The position numbers and the translations under genes were made by a program. A stretch of 64,000 bases of DNA, from assembly GCA_964016885.1 (NCBI GenBank), contig OZ024740.1, positions 220,534,001 through 220,598,000 of the forward strand, in the 5' to 3' direction. Shown here piece by piece: positions 62,096 through 64,000 of this stretch. Numbering within the stretch: position 1 is the stretch's first letter; every line of letters begins with the position of its first letter. The notes under the pieces are model-generated. The model worked only from the letters and a program-made list of their open reading frames with translations. It was not told the origin of the DNA and did no database searches. The DNA is from Eledone cirrhosa. Its lineage: Eukaryota.

Positions 62096-64000
62096 CATCA
62101 TCATCATCGTTTAATGTCTATCTTCCACACTAGCATGGGTTAGATGGGAATTGTCCCACTTGAGGCAAGATTGGTCGGGTGACCGTGTCTCACTCATATA
62201 GGACTATCTGGCAGGTTTTCTACGGCTGATGCCCTTCCTAACACCAACCACATTTACAGTGGGAGGTTTTTACCGTGTTACCTACACAGCCACATTACAG
62301 CGTGGATTGTGTGTTTTTTTGTTGTCATACCTACACGACCTCATTAGTTTGGACTGGATGTTGTGGTACCTACATAACTTTACAGAGAAAGGGTGGTGTT
62401 GGTGGGAGAATGGGTGTATATTTGGTTAAGAGGTGCCTACTGATTGTAGGTTTCGCTTTGTACATAGGCATGGCGGGTCTTCTATATTACTGTGTGGCGC
62501 CAAAGATCTCGGTCCAGTGACATTGTCTTAGAGTGGTGCAAGTGTGTAAGGTCGGAATTTATCAAATCGTCCCAGGTTTTTCTGGGTCTGCCTACTCCGT
62601 AACTTCCATCAATTTTGATCGCCCTGCACTTTTTTATACAGCTGTCGTCTTTTATGCGCATCGCGTGACCATACCAACGTAGTCTTCTCTCAAGTAAACA
62701 GCATCTGATCCCTCTTATTCCTAATTTCTCACTTAGTTCATTTATGTTTTGCTGTTCGCGTATATTACTATTACACATCCAACGGAGCATGCATCCTTCG
62801 TTCCTTTCCAGCCTGCGCAGGTACTCTGCAAGCAATGCCCATTTCTCACTGACATGTAACATTGCTGTTCGTATACAGGCATCATACAATCTGCCTTTCA
62901 TTTTTAGAGAGAAACCTTTTGTGGCCAACAGCAGTATAAGCTCTCTGAACTTTTTCAATCCCGTTCTGACTCTGGCTACTGTACTTTCAGAGCACCCTCC
63001 ACCACTGCTGATCTTGTCACCCAGATAATGGAAAGTGTCCACTATTTCTATAGAACCATCTGGGCAATAGCAGGAGCTAGTATTCTGTGGGCACTTGCTA
63101 CTTATTGTACCTGAGAATCGGCCACATATAAAATCTACGTTCTTAGATAGCTTACCTGTGATCCCACTACATCTTTTATGTACCCATAGTTTGCATTTGG
63201 GACATAAAATGGAATTTCTACCTACTCCTTTCCTACACACTGAGCATGGCCATTTCCCAGAGGGAACCTGTGCCCTATTTTCCTTCCTACATACTAGAAC
63301 TTTAGTCTTAGACAAGTTAACTTTAAGGCCTTTTGATTCTAGGCCATGCTTCCATGTTTGGAATTTCTTCTCTAGTTCAGCCATAGATTCAGCTATAAGA
63401 GTTAGATCATCTGCGTATAGAAGTTCCCATGGGCAGCCGGTCTTAAACTCCTCTGTTATAGCCTGAAGGGCAATAATAAATAGGAGGAGGCTAAGGACAG
63501 AGCCCTGATGAACACCAACTTTTATGCTAATTTTTTCACTATATTCATTGTTAATTCTAACCTTGCTGACTGTTTCTTTATACATGGCTTGTGTAGCTCT
63601 CAGAAGCCATTCATCTACACCCAGTTTTCTAAGAGCCCACCAGATAATGGAGTGGGGGACTCTGTCAAAGGCTTTCTCCAAGTCAACAAAAGCTAAGTAG
63701 AGGGGTTTACTTTTAGCTAGGTACTTCTCCTGTAGTTGTCGTACAAGGAAAAGAGCGTCAATTCACTCTCTGATTAGTTGCGCTATAACTCTTTCTGTGA
63801 CCTTCAATGATCTGGTCAACTAACTTAATGCTTCTATAGTTTGCCCTATCTAGAGCATCTCCTTTACTCTTGTAGCAGTTAATGATGATGCTGCTATGCC
63901 AGTCATTTGGTATGACCCATTCTGTATTACTTGGTTTACTATCCGGGTGACCATAGTATGTCTCAACATTCCAGATGCTTTCAACATCTCAGCAACTATT
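62096..64000 (-). mobile_element. RTE-clade LINE, runs off the window end; 399-aa RT/PHD ORF at 62482-63681
   Basis: EKAFDRV, HQGSVLS, LYADD, C4HC3 finger, FHYLG and LRWYGH; closely similar to 43310-45133. Confidence 0.95.

Overview
AT-rich, repeat-dense animal genomic DNA. The SINE/RTE repertoire with (GAT)n tails suggests a cephalopod, probably an octopus (inference). The main gene is a complete 16-exon Na+/H+ exchanger NHE8 (SLC9A8) on the minus strand (14228-53902, 638 aa by my splicing). Its intron 8 is a U12-type GT-AG intron. Candidate first coding exons of two unidentified neighbours lie at 2143-2168 (-) and 59722-59893 (+). At 4938-11022 a Merlin (IS1595/ISXO2-like) DNA transposon with an 8-bp TSD carries a nested, compact 4.2-kb Gypsy-like LTR retrotransposon. 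The most striking signal is that this LTR element has no TGG-type primer binding site. The 12 nt abutting its 5' LTR are the exact complement of the 5' end of tRNA-Phe (GCCGAAAUAGCU), inside a two-state RNA structure, which suggests priming by a short 5' tRNA fragment. The rest is RTE LINEs with a PHD finger inside the RT, R4- and CRE-type fragments, several SINE families, piggyBac- and Tigger-like MITEs, and small repeats.
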